64,000 bases of DNA from Chrysomallon squamiferum (lineage: Eukaryota > Animalia > Mollusca), in contig CM022675.1 of assembly GCA_012295275.1 (NCBI GenBank), positions 8,556,001 through 8,620,000 on the forward strand. The letters run 5' to 3'. The notes below the pieces were generated by a model. It was not told the origin of the DNA. It made no database searches and saw only the letters and a program-made list of their open reading frames with translations. The translations under genes and the position numbers were made by a program. This document shows positions 30,556 through 44,101 of this stretch, in pieces (the first letter of the stretch is position 1; each line of letters starts with the position of its first letter).

Positions 30556-31760
30556 CATTCTCAAATGTAGTTACTGGAGAAACCATCTTTCATCATGTAA
30601 ATATTCTCTATATTCTCTCTATATTATTATATATATATTTTTTTTTTTAAATAATTCTAAATAATAATAATTTCATTTAGAATAATCACTAATATTTGAA
30701 ATATATCTTTACATATCTGTATAAAAAATAAAATAAACTGTATTAAATAATAAAATTAAAAGTAAATAATTTTGATCAAAACAAACATAATTAATAAGAA
30801 ATAATAACGTTTTCAAACTAATCCATTTTAATCTTTCTTTTTTTCTTTTTTTTATTTTTTGCTTGGAAGCATACCTCACCAACATATCCATTCTTGTATT
30901 AGTGTCTGGAATATGTCAGCAAGTCTACAGTTAAAATTTTTCTGAGTTTTGAAAATAGATAAATGTTGTTTATTTTCAGGGTATGTATTATCAAATAGGC
31001 GATGTCGTATCGCTTGTTGATCACGATGGTTCTGTTTACTATGCACAACTCCGAGGTTTCATGCAAGACCAGTATAACGAAAAGAGTGCAGTGATAACCT
31101 GGCTTTTACCAACACAAGGAAGTCCTCAGCACACATTTGATCCTTCAACCTATATATTAGGTATAAAATTACATTAAAATAATGGTTTGGAACAAAGAAA
31201 ATTGTAACGTTTTATCAATGGATGGTGTTTGAGTACTTGATTTTGTTTCAAACATGACTGAAATATATGTTGGTATAATTGTTATGAAAGATAAATAAAA
31301 GAAAAATATGAGGATGAATAAAATCTGTGTATAAATAGATAAATATTCTATTTAAATTTCACTTGAAAAATGCTATGATCTTTTGTTCCAACCCAGTATT
31401 TCATCTGATCAAAAAAAAAAAAATTGGGAATAAATTAGTTAATTAGAAAGTGTTCTTGAATAATAATAATTATGATAAAGTTGAAAGCTCTTTCATGTAC
31501 GTAAAATGTTGCTCAGCATTTTATATTTACAGTATATTAATTAAGTAATTAAGTATTATTGAATATATATATTGAAAGAAAAAAACCCAAATATTGCCTA
31601 TATATTTTATTATCGTTTTATTTTAAAATTAATTATTTGTATTTTGTTGGAGAATAAAAGAAAAATTAAATTCCAGTCACATAAAATGGAAAAATAAAAT
31701 TATTGTTAAAGAATTATTTTAAAAAGAGCATATGAATAATTTAAATTTTGTCATTTTTAT

Positions 31761-31793
<33 letters not shown>

Positions 31794-32245
31794 ACTGGAT
31801 TTAATTATAATCAATCTACATTTTGATATTTTGAAAAAAAAAAAAAATTTCAGTTTTGGTAATTTTTATTACATATATAAATTAGTAATATGAAATTAGT
31901 AATCTAAAACAATTTCAATCAATACCAGGACCAGAAGAGGATCTTCCCAGAAAACTAGATTTCATGGAATTCGTCTGTCACGCTCCGTCGGATTATTTCC
32001 GTGCCCGCCAGGCTCCGTACCACACAGTTTCCTCGGACCACAACTTGTGTTACATCTGGACCTCGATTGGCTCCCAGGTTCGGCCAATCCCGTCATTCGA
32101 TGACATGTTCGATGTTCAGCCAGTGCAGCGAACCTCAGCCAGAGCCACAAAGGAAAAATCAAAAGAAAAGCACAAAGACAAAGACAAAGACAAAGACAAA
32201 GGTCACGTGACAAAGAATATAAAAACGGAGAAAGAAACCACGTAG
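29717..32245 (+). CDS. GATAD1: GATA zinc finger domain-containing protein 1; join(29717..30055,30416..30478,30980..31160,31929..32245), 299 aa
   Basis: N-terminal C-x2-C-x17-C-x2-C finger (CASC...CNSC). Contains GATAD1-typical motifs KGKSRRIIFK, YYQIGDVVS, YYAQLRGFMQDQY.EKSA..TWL.PT, GPEEDLPRK and EFVCHAPSDYF. All introns GT-AG; exons sum to 900 nt in frame. Confidence 0.95.
30416..30478 (+). CDS. GATAD1: GATAD1 coding exon 2
   Basis: tatag| QPVKAPTAVSTVVTGESVFHD |gtaagt, 63 nt. Confidence 0.9.
30980..31160 (+). CDS. GATAD1: GATAD1 coding exon 3
   Basis: ttttcag| GMYYQIGDVVS...FDPSTYIL(G) |gtataa, ends phase 1. Confidence 0.93.
31929..32245 (+). CDS. GATAD1: GATAD1 coding exon 4 (terminal)
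   Basis: ccag| (G)PEEDLPRKLDFMEFVCHAPSDYF...KETT TAG. Confidence 0.92.
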
Positions 32246-32355
32246 TTCTGTCTGTCAGATTTAAAAAAAATAATAATTTTGAAAAAAGAATATTGTCATT
32301 TTGAAGAAAGATTGTGAATCATTAAAAACACGTTTTTCATCGTCATTGTTAGGTA

Positions 32356-32398
<43 letters not shown>

Positions 32399-35300
32399 AA
32401 TTGAATCATTTAAAGTATGACTAAAACATTAGAATATTTCTCATTATTATTATTATAACTATGATCATTGTTGATATTGTCATTATTATTATTGATTATT
32501 ATTATGATAATGAAATTTAACATTATTATTATTATTATTATTAATAATATTATTATTGTTACTACTAATACTACTTCTACTAATACCACCACCACTACTA
32601 CTATTACTTCTATTACCTCTGTATATTATTAAAACTTTTTCCAATATTATTGTTTTATACTGTTAAAAGTATTACAGTTATTATTCAAATCCATCAAAAA
32701 CACAACATTTTTAATTTAATATTTCAAAATATGAATAATTCGAATGCAGAGGAAAACAATCTGCTCACCAAAGGTTTTTTAATTTAAATAATAAAAAAAT
32801 TATTTATTTTTATTTTTTTTTTGTTTAGTATGTTTTTCTGTAATATTTAGCTTTAAGTCTAAAGTTTACTATTTCCATATCTTGACCTGTGATATATTTT
32901 TTCTAAGTAATCCAAAGTTTTAAGTTTTAACTTCAGATATCTACTTAAACTCTGAAAGTTTTATAAAATTCAGAATATGTTTTTTTTTTTTAAATTATAT
33001 TTTTTTGTTTTTATTTATTTATTTATATATTTTAATTATGATGATGATTATGGTTATTTTATTATTATATGATTGCATTATCATTGATTTTCTTTATTAT
33101 TATTATTATTATTATTAAACCAAAGATATTTCTTTTTAAACTTTGCTAAATTCGAAAATCATTCACTTAACCACATTAATACTGTAAGTTAGAATATATA
33201 AATTATTGTTAACATTTCAAAACTATTAATCCTTTAGGTTTTTTAACTTTTCTTTTATGTCAGAAGTGCACAAAAAATAAATTAAAATGTTCAAGGCTTG
33301 CTGTATTTTTTTTTTTTTTTTTTTTTTTATCTGTATCTCTTGATACAAACTAAACTATGTAAAATGTATATAGGTTCTTAACTTGTCCAGACAATTTTAA
33401 TTATAATTTAATAAATATACTGAAAAATTTATAATTTTTAAATTGTATTTATTTCTTTCAGTTGTATATTTGTAAATAAGATGATAAAATAATGAATTTG
33501 TTGAAACAATTTTGAATTTAGTTTTTATAGTGCTATTAATAGGTAATTAAAATAGGTCCAGTTTGAATAGTTTTTTTTACCCTCTTTATGTTATTTAAAA
33601 TATATTTTAAAACTATTCTTCTACTGAAATAGACAATATTTGAGATTATGCTTTTTTTTTACAAATAATGTAAAATGAAAATCATTTCTATATGCAGGGT
33701 GTTTTGTAAAGTGAAAATATGTAAAAACTGAAGATCCATTGTATTTTTTTTTTTTTTTTTTTTAATTTTTGGAAAATTTTAATTGTTCTTTAATATATAT
33801 TTATTTATTTATTATTACTAATACTAATTTATTATAATTATCATTATTATTAATATTATTATTTTATAGATGTTCCATTTCCATTAATAGAATATGTAAA
33901 ATTAAACAATTAAAATTTATCATTACACATTTATTACATTTAGCATGTTTCATTTTGATGAATAAACATTGAATTGTTAACATTCCTTTGACATTTAAAC
34001 TTTTTAATTTTTTTATCATAAAAAGATAAGAGTTTATTTTGAACTGATGACTTCGAGCTGTAATTGAACAAAGAAAAAAGTGAACTGATAAACAAATAAA
34101 ACATCACTAATCAGAAAATGGAAAATGCAATAGAGAAACACCATCATATATGAATTAAAAAAGAAAAAAAGATTTAAAAAATGTAAAGAAATTATCTGAA
34201 AAAATGTTTGAAAATTTTCCTGTGTCAAAAGTTCACTGATGATATTTTTGAAATGTTCTTAATATGGTTGCATTAAAATTTGATTGTATTTTGTAGCTAA
34301 TGTGTTCTTGTTTTATTTGGGGTATTGTTAAACATACATTCACTGGAGGCATTTGTTAACTTGTTTTTCTTATTTTTAAACATTGTGATTTGTACTGACA
34401 TTAAAATACCTTGCTATTACTTGAGAAGATTGAGAAGAAAATAGAAATTCACAGCAAATTGGTGCTATATTAAAATGGTGGAATAAAGATTTTTTTTGAC
34501 TACTTTTTTCTTCATATATTTCAGTATTAAGTTTGGACAAAAACTACAATATTAAATAAATAAATGTTAACTTTCTAAAATCCAGAATATATACTAAATT
34601 TATTTCACGTTTCCAAAGATAAAATTTTAATGCTACAGGCTGCTTAATGCTTGTCATCTCAGATTGATATATATAAAAAATGTTTTTAAAAAACCACAAA
34701 GAGAACAACAACAAACATATCAGGCAACATTTTGCATTAATCTATCAATCACCCATTCATAACAATATTAACAATAATAAACACACTGTTTGGATAATTT
34801 CAACTTTATTGCTTTTGTTTTTATGAAATCACAAAATTTAAAATTTACAAACACAGATTTTTATATCAAACTTCGTAGCCGTCTCCATATTTTATTTTTA
34901 TAATTTATCTATTACGAAAAGACAAAACGAAAAAATGAAATTGGTTCATGATTTGTGAATTTCAGTCTGATGTATATTTTACCTAATAAAATATAATTTG
35001 AAAGAAACCAACAAAAAAACAACCAACAACCCAGTGATAACATATTGACATCCAGCTAAGACAGGATAAAGCTTTGAGTAGAAGAGTCATCTATTGAACA
35101 CTTTTGAGAATTACTCCATGGTAAGTGCCATCCTGTCTATGAGAAGGTTCATATGTTAATGCTAGGAATATAAACTGCATTATGAAACATTTTAGAGATT
35201 CAAAATCAGCTGTTTTATTATTATTATTAACTGTAGTAGCAGTAGTAGTAGCAGTAGCAGTAGCAGTAATAATAATAATAATAATAATATTATAAAAGTA

Positions 35301-36220
35301 GTAGTACCAGCAATAATAATATAATAATAATAGCAATAATAATAATAACAATAATAGCAGAAGTAATAATAATAACAATGCAAGATAATAATCAAATTAG
35401 CAGTAGTAGTAATAATAAGAAGAAGAAGAATGACAACAGTAATAGGATTAATAGTAATCAAATTTAAAAACATATTGGACAATTCAAATTATTTTTATTT
35501 AAAATAGAAGGAGATTGTCATCAAGATTAAAAGGTTTTATTTTGTGGTTATTAAAAAAAATGGACGATTTCAAAAAACATCAGTATTTTTTATTCTATCT
35601 ATTTTGTACTTTAAATATTCTGCTTAAAATATCATTTAGTTTTATATACACATACAAATTACTAAAACACAATAACATATACAAATCCATTTTTCCCCTC
35701 TATCATACAGATTAAAAGAACAATAACCTTTTTATTCTCTAATTTTCTCTCATAAGCAACCAAATAATTTAATCTCCATGGCTACCACAATTATCCATTC
35801 AGAAACAGAAATCATAATTTACAGACTTCAATATTTTCTCTGGCTATGGACAAACTAAAAAGTAAAAAAAAAAGTTAATCGATTATAAATAAATCAAAAT
35901 GTACTGAATAAGTACTTCAGAAAAAAAAAAAAAAAAAAGAGTTACAAATGGTAAAAAAAAATACCTAATTAATATTGGGAGACAGTAATTAAATAAAAAA
36001 TTAAAAATACATATATCACAGCTAATTAAGCAGTATTTTTATGTATGGTTATAAAAAAATATACAGTTTTATTAAACCTAATATATTAATAATAGTGGTG
36101 TGAATGTTTAAGACTGATAAATTGTTTGAAATAAAAAGAAACACATCCACACACACACATACACACACACACCGTGACATGCACATGAAAAAATCAACAT
36201 TCACATACATACTCACATAT

Positions 36221-36255
<35 letters not shown>

Positions 36256-36391
36256 TGCATGTACATACATACATAAACACACAGAAACACACACATGAAA
36301 TGGATAACAAGCTAAATAATTTCTAAACATACAGATAAATGTTATTTTAATAAATTCAAATTTTTAGATACATATATACACATACTCTCAT

Positions 36392-36430
<39 letters not shown>

Positions 36431-38335
36431 AAGAAACTCACATATAATGTGTAGTAAAGGCTATGTTATTTTTAAACATACACACACGTAACATGTTATT
36501 AACAGAATCATTTTTTAAAACAGACACATGACAGCTATATTAGTAATAAAAATCAATTAATAAACCCCCCTCCCCGACACAAAGCAGTGTTAATAACAGG
36601 TTGCACCATGTAATTTCTAACACACACACACAAACACAAACACATACACATATATGCACATACATGCACATAACAGCATCATAAATATGTGGCATCACAC
36701 GAAATTGTTTATCAGCCATTTTACAAATAACTGATCACTGGGAATCCATTTTCAAATTAAAAAAAAAAAATGAATTTTCAATCAATACTGTACATTGTTT
36801 TTTTTTCTGGGTTTTTTTGCGTATCTATGTACATAGAGTTAGGTAAATTTGTATTGTTTACAAATTTGTTTAAAATGTTTTTTCCTTAGAAGAAAAAACT
36901 GAGTTCATTTCGAGTTCATTCTACAGAAATCAGGTACGGTAAAGTTCACATATTTTGATAACTGTCATGCAATTTGAAAGCCGTCTTCCGATTGGTTGGT
37001 TGTGTGAGTTTCATTATTTAACGTGGTTTGGAATTGGTCTGGTTACAAAGGGAGAGAACAAAACAAAAACAGTTAACATTAATTATCTTGAGATCTTTTC
37101 ACACATAATTTAATGGCTACAAACAAATTAATTTTCACTAATTATTATTATTATTATTATTTTTTTTTATGTTATCACTTTAACATGCACCATATTCATA
37201 AAGATTTATAACAATTATTTTCTTCAAGATATTATAAAAATTAAAAACAACATTCAAATTATCTTTTTCTCCCACATTTTATAGACTATACAAATCAGTT
37301 GTTATTATGAACTTCAGATATCTATAAAATCTATTTAAAAATTCTAATAGTCGAGTTATGAACAGAGTAAAATCATTTTTCATACATGCACACACATTTA
37401 CATGAGCACACACAATTTTTGTTAACAATTCACATTTATTTTCAATTTTTTTTTTTTTTATACAGTATGTGAAATCAATACTGTTTTTATAAAATTTTAT
37501 TTATGAACTTTTATTAAGCACACACACACACAGTTAGTTGTATGTACATATAACCATTCACCACAGAAATTTATATATGTACATGTAGATTTATAGATAC
37601 ATAATCCATTTGTTGATTTTATACATTTATAATTTTTTTTATTTATTTATTTTTTAAAACATTATACTCTCTATCAACATATTTATATAAAAAAAAAATA
37701 ATAATAACATTTTTAAAAATTAATGAACACATACCTATGAACCTTTGGAAAACAATATGATTTTCAAACATATTCACATAAAAAGGACCAATACACACAA
37801 TCAGAGAAACATGTTCTTATTCATTCAGACACACATAACCTTGAATAATCTACACAAATCATTTACTTTTATTAACACACACACACACATATATAAAAAA
37901 AAACAAACATTTAAACATTTTTTTAAAAAATTTTAAAAATGCACACAAAAACTATCACACACGCAGATACACACACTTTGAGTATATAATATAACACTTT
38001 TAACAAAGTTAACATTTACTAAAAAAAACAACATTTTATTAAAATTAAAAAACACACCTAGACTTTTTTTTATATAATTAATTTCAGCACTAAAATAAAG
38101 CCCTCTAATCATAGCATGAAAAAAAATAAACAACTGATTAAAATAACCCAGTTGCACCATACCACACCATACCACACCATACCACACCATACCATATATA
38201 TATTTTTCATTTTTTTCATTTTTTTTAAAAACTGTTTGTAGACTGGGTTTTATTACTCAGTGTCTGTTTTCAATGCAGTATGTGGTAATGAACAGTTGAT
38301 TCATGTTTTTTTTGTTTTTTTTTGGGGGGGGGCAC

Positions 38336-38469
38336 TTAAGAATCGATTCGTTTGGGTTCTTGTTGCGCCTGTTGCTCATTTAGATTCCGGAAGAATCGTT
38401 TGAAGTATTCGTATGAACTGATCATGATGGCGCAGGCAGGAGCAACTTTGGCAATTCTCGGAAACAGAC
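38336..38469 (-). CDS. SLC25A40: SLC25A39/40 coding exon 9 (terminal)
   Basis: (G)[26 protein letters not shown]...RIDS TAA. Confidence 0.93.
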
Positions 38470-38505
38470 CTGAAACAGACATAGAAACAATAAAATGAAA
38501 ACGAC

Positions 38506-38536
<31 letters not shown>

Positions 38537-40291
38537 AACAGTGATAGTCATGATGATGATGATGGTGCCAATGTTGATATCAATAATGGCAGATGACTAT
38601 GATAGTGATGATGATGATGATGGTGATATTGATGCAAGGAAGAAGATGATGATAAATGATAAGAAAGAAAAGATGATGATCATCATCATCATGATGATTA
38701 TGAAGTTGTTGGTTACAATTAAGGTAATATAAACCAAACATACTGATTTAGTTGTGAATATTATTTAACAATAAACAAAAAATAACGATTTGATTGTAAA
38801 TACTATTTAACACTAAGTGAAGATAACAATAAATATTATTTAACAATAACAAAAATAATGATTTTGTTGTAAGTACAGAGAGAGATTAAGTTGCAAAGGA
38901 TGTAAGTAGTTGTGTAGAAAATATATTTATATTATTTGTTTGTACTGTTGTATTTACCTGTATACAAAGCTTTGATACCATGAGCATCATACAGATTTTT
39001 CATCAGCTTCCATGTTGATGTGATTTCCTTGTTTCCTGAAAAACAACAACAACAACAACAACATCATCAACATAATATAATAATAATTAATTTCAAAAAA
39101 ACATTAATGAAGGTGAAGGTTATTTTGTTTAACATTATATGAGTAAATTTTGAATTTTCAAGGCTATTATAAACATTTCTTATTTATAAAGAAATAATTC
39201 AAAATAGTAATACTGAAACCACAAATAATTGCAGATTCTTGGTTAGTACTGTTTGATATTAACAATAGTTATAGATACACACATATATAAAAAACCCAAT
39301 AAAAACCAGTGAAAATATTCATGAATGCACAAAACAATAATAATTAATCATAAAAAGCACAGAACAATAATAATTAATTAAGAAAAGAATAGAATAATAA
39401 TAATTAATCACGAAATACTCTATGTAATAATAATATTTTAACGAAGTTATCAATAAACTGAAATATGTGTAAAATCAATGGCACCACTGAATTGGTAAAA
39501 TGTAGTCCTAATGTTTATCAATGTTTAAAAATAAACTAATCTTGGTTTTTTTAACTGGGAGATCTATATTTTATGTATGTTCAAGGCACTACTGATTTGG
39601 ATAACTGCTACAGCTAAAGTCTATCCATGATTAAATTATTTAGAAATAACAGAGTCGGCAGTAATATGTTTATTAAACTAGGATCAGGGAATAGTTGCCA
39701 TACAAAATCGAAAATACTATTAAAAAATTTGGTAATTTCAGTGGTTTTTGCATATGTCCAAAAATATTTTGAAGTGATCAAATTAATCTTTTTTTTTTTT
39801 TTTTTTAAATATTGTTGTCAACAGAACTACTGATTGATTTGGGTAATTTCAGTTTATATATCTGGATTATATCTATGTTTACAAATATTTAAGAAACAGT
39901 GAAGTGATTAATAACCTGCTGACTGATTCAGGATATTGCAGAGATTCGTGTCTGTCTTATGTTTAAAAATGCACTCACTTGCATGTGTCATTATTTCACC
40001 AAGTTCAATCTGCCTATGGGTTTTTATCACGTCAAACGGCTGAGTGAGAACTGCTGTTATCTGTAATCAGAGAGAAATGAACTTGAAACATCAAAAGTAA
40101 TTATCAGAACACATATTTTGGATAAGCTGGCTCCCAAACATCATATTTTGTTCCTCTATATAGGTAATTATTTGTGAGTAGACTTATGTAAGTATTAAAT
40201 TTGCCACAGTATGCCAAGTTTTGAGACTGTATGTGTTTGTGTGTGTGTGGGTATGTTTATATGTGCATCTGGTGTGCGAGTGTGTCTTTAC

Positions 40292-40336
<45 letters not shown>

Positions 40337-43300
40337 GAATGTGTGTTTAATGAGGCTCTATGCATATGTTTCTATATACATGTGCATGTTTGCACAATTG
40401 TGAGAAAGAAACTTATAAAGGGAGTGAATACGGGACAGAAATAAGGCACAAACGATACTCTGACCCTTTCTATTTGTCGACTATTATTATTATTAAACAT
40501 TAATCAATGGAAATTGTTTTTCCCTCAATTGAAATTCTCCTCACTTCAATTCCCACCACATCATTTTTACGTTAGTTTTATTACGAACCGTTCCAGCAAA
40601 GGCACCAACAGAAAAACTCTCAGAGAAAGCCATCTCCGACCTTCCCTTTGTCAGCAGAACGTATGTCTTCATGTTTTCATACGTAAACCAATAGAAAGCT
40701 GCAACCAGAAAAACAATCATTTTACTTTAATTAACATTTTCTTTCAACAACAAACACAAAAAAAAACAAATTTAAAAAAAAAAATTTTAAATTTTAAAAA
40801 ATTAAAAAAAACAAGCGAGTGAAAATAGATATACTGTACCTGAAAATGGGACATCTTTCAACAGGGTTGGTACGAGGCCTCGCCAAAGGGAGAGAACTCC
40901 TCTGTGGTTGATAGTGCGTTTGACGGCCTCTCGCAACTCTGAGTAGGTCAGCTGTTCGGACTGCATCTTAGTGCGAACCATTTCTAGCGGGCTTATCAGG
41001 GACACGGCCCAAACTGAAATAATCAATTTTTAATTTATTAGTCGTTGTTAGGTTCGTTTAAAACATTTACAGCGTAAAAATACTGGGAGCAAAGAAATGT
41101 TTTACATTGATTGTTAATAAAAGAATTAATATTTTTCCAAATATCTTTAATATTGTAACGAACCATTTCTGATGAACTTATTAGAGACATTGCCCATACT
41201 GAAATAATTAATTTTTTTATTATTAGTCGTTGTAAGGGTTGTTTAAAACATTTACAGTGTAAAAATATTGGCAACAAAGAAAAAATAAACATTTTAAATT
41301 AATTTTGTTAATAAAAGAAGTAATATTTTTAAAAATATCTTTAATTTTGTAACAAACAATTACTGCCCTCATTGAAATATTATTTTTATAATGCTGTTAT
41401 ATAACTTTTCCAGCATAAATACTGAAACAAAATCTTTTTTTTTTTTTAATTTTATTAACTTCTTGAATGAATAAATAAATAAATAAAGACCATTTCTGAG
41501 TGAGAATAATGCATACTGTGGTCTTTGTTAAAACAACTTCGCCTTTGTCATTTTTTTTTTGTTATTCTTGTTATTGTTATTATTTTTTTTTTTTTGTTAT
41601 TCTTGTTATTGTTCTTTTTGTTGTTGTTGTTTTTGTTATTCTTGTTTTTACTACACTTCTTGTAGTGATTTTTTATTAAAAAAAAAAATTATTGTTGTTG
41701 TTGTTGTTGTGTTTCTTAAAACAAAAGTACACTGTTACCTCTAGCGGTTGCTCCGGCAACCATCGGCTTCCACCAATCCGCACGGTTGCCATCTTGATAG
41801 TCTAAGACAACTTTCAGCTGCTCGTAACAGGTAAAATATATCACTGTGGCTGGCACCGCCATCACCCTGCATAACAAATATATTTATTTATTTGACCTTC
41901 ATGAAGATCTATTTTTACCTTGGTGTTGTCTTATTTTACCTTGATTTTACATTTATTTTTTATGTTGATGTAGATCTATTTTACTTTTGTATCTTATTTT
42001 ACCTTGATGTACACCTTCATAAAGATTTATTTTACCTTTGATGTTTTACAATTATTTTTTATCTTGATGTTATTTTTCATTTTATTTCGATGTACATATA
42101 TTTTACCTTGATGACGATTTTGGTTTTTTACCTTGATGTTGATTATTTTACTTTGATATACATTTATTTTACCTCGATGCAGATTTACTTTTTACGTTGA
42201 TAATATTTTTTGTTAAATTACCAAAATTTTGTGTTTGCATAATTTCAAAATATAAAAATGTTTATTTCTGAACATACAGTATTTATATACATTTATTTTA
42301 CGTATTCATTATATTTTTTTTTTGTTCTCAATAAACAATTTGTATAACAATTTGAATTTCATATTTTCATAATTTTCTAATATAAAAATGTTTTGTACTG
42401 AATAAATAGTACTTAAGTTATTATGTACATTTATTTTATATAATTATGGACCTTTTCAATAAATAGTTTGTAGAACTATATTTTATATTTTAGTAATTTT
42501 CAACAATATTAATGTTTTCTACTGAGTAAAGAATTTTCATGTAGATTTATTTTTAATCATTTTTAAAAATGTTCGCAATTAGCAATATTTATGTAAATTT
42601 GTTTTATATAATTATGTTTTGATCTCAAACAATAAGCTTAACTACAGTTTTGCATTTTCATTATTTTCAAATACAGTCATGTTTTCTATTGATTAAATGT
42701 AGATTTAGTTTTGAGTTTATTCATTTTCAATAGTCTGTGCTGAATTTGCAGTATTTACGTAAATTTATTTTATATAATTGTTTTATTGTCAAACAATAAG
42801 TATAACTACATTTTATATTTTCATCTACAGATCTTTTTTGCTACTGAATAAATGTAGATTTATTTTTAGAGTTTGATTATTTTCAAATAAAGTAAATATG
42901 TAGGTAAAAGTTTATTTAACAGTTTGAGAATCATTATTCAAAATTTCAAAAATTCAAAACTAACGTTTTCAAGCAGCCAAATGTAGTATTTGTATATAAA
43001 TCACAATAAAGACAGGTGAGGAAAAAAAAAATAAATCAACTGAAATATTGCAGAAATAAAGCAGATTATAAATTAAACAGGTAAAATTAAAGACAGGTAA
43101 ATAAACATACAGTGTAGGAGGCAAACCACTCCACAGAGAAGCAACTCCTTCATTTTTAACAATCTTTACAAAGGCATCCTGAAACAAACAAAAACAAAAC
43201 AGAATAAATAATAAAATAAAATATAATAAATTAAAATATAACAAAATAAAATGAAATGAAATGAAATAAACAAAATGATAATAATAAAAAATAAAATAAA

Positions 43301-44066
43301 CAATTACAATTAAACTAAAAACAATAAAAAAATAAAAAATAAAATAAAATAATGTTGAGAGACCATTAAACAAATGAAATAAAGTGTAAAAAAAACCCCA
43401 ATAAAACAATAATCATTTATTAATTAAAACAAATAACCAAACAAAAATTCATTGTTATCATTAAGCAGTATATTTTACAATATTAATAAAAAGAAAAGAC
43501 AAAAAACTAAAGACAAAAAACTAAAGACTAAAAACAAAAGACTAAAAACAAAAGACAGATATTACTCTGAATCAAGCTGATCTCTTTGAGTTAACAATGC
43601 AAATGGACACTACCTGGACGCCATTGAATTGTCCGCCCTTCTTGTACCACTGGGCTTCTGCATTCTGACCATTAAGACAAGCGCAGACGTGTTCCATGAG
43701 TCCATTGCAATACATAAAACACATTCCTCGCGAAAACGGCTTCTTCTGAGCCTGAAGACGGATTCGGACCACATCGAAAGGAGTGACTGAAAATAAAATA
43801 AATATTTTAAAAGTCTACTCTCTCTCTCTCTTGCATGCTCCATCACTCTCTCTTTGTCACACACATCTATAAAACTTTGTTTAAAAAGTCTATTAAAATT
43901 TATTAATTCTTGGGAAAGCTATTGTCATTTTTATATTTTAACAAAAACTAAATTTTACTGTAACATTTTGACTTATGGATTTTCTACCAAATAGTGATGT
44001 TGGAATTGCACCCCCCCCCCCTCAACACTTGCAGGAAAATACAATTGATTGTGTGGGATAAATGAA

Positions 44067-44101
<35 letters not shown>

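Noticed and set aside
31962-32213. Antisense and alternate-frame ORFs over GATAD1 exon 4
   Set aside because: Shadow ORFs of a GC-rich coding exon plus the KD repeat.
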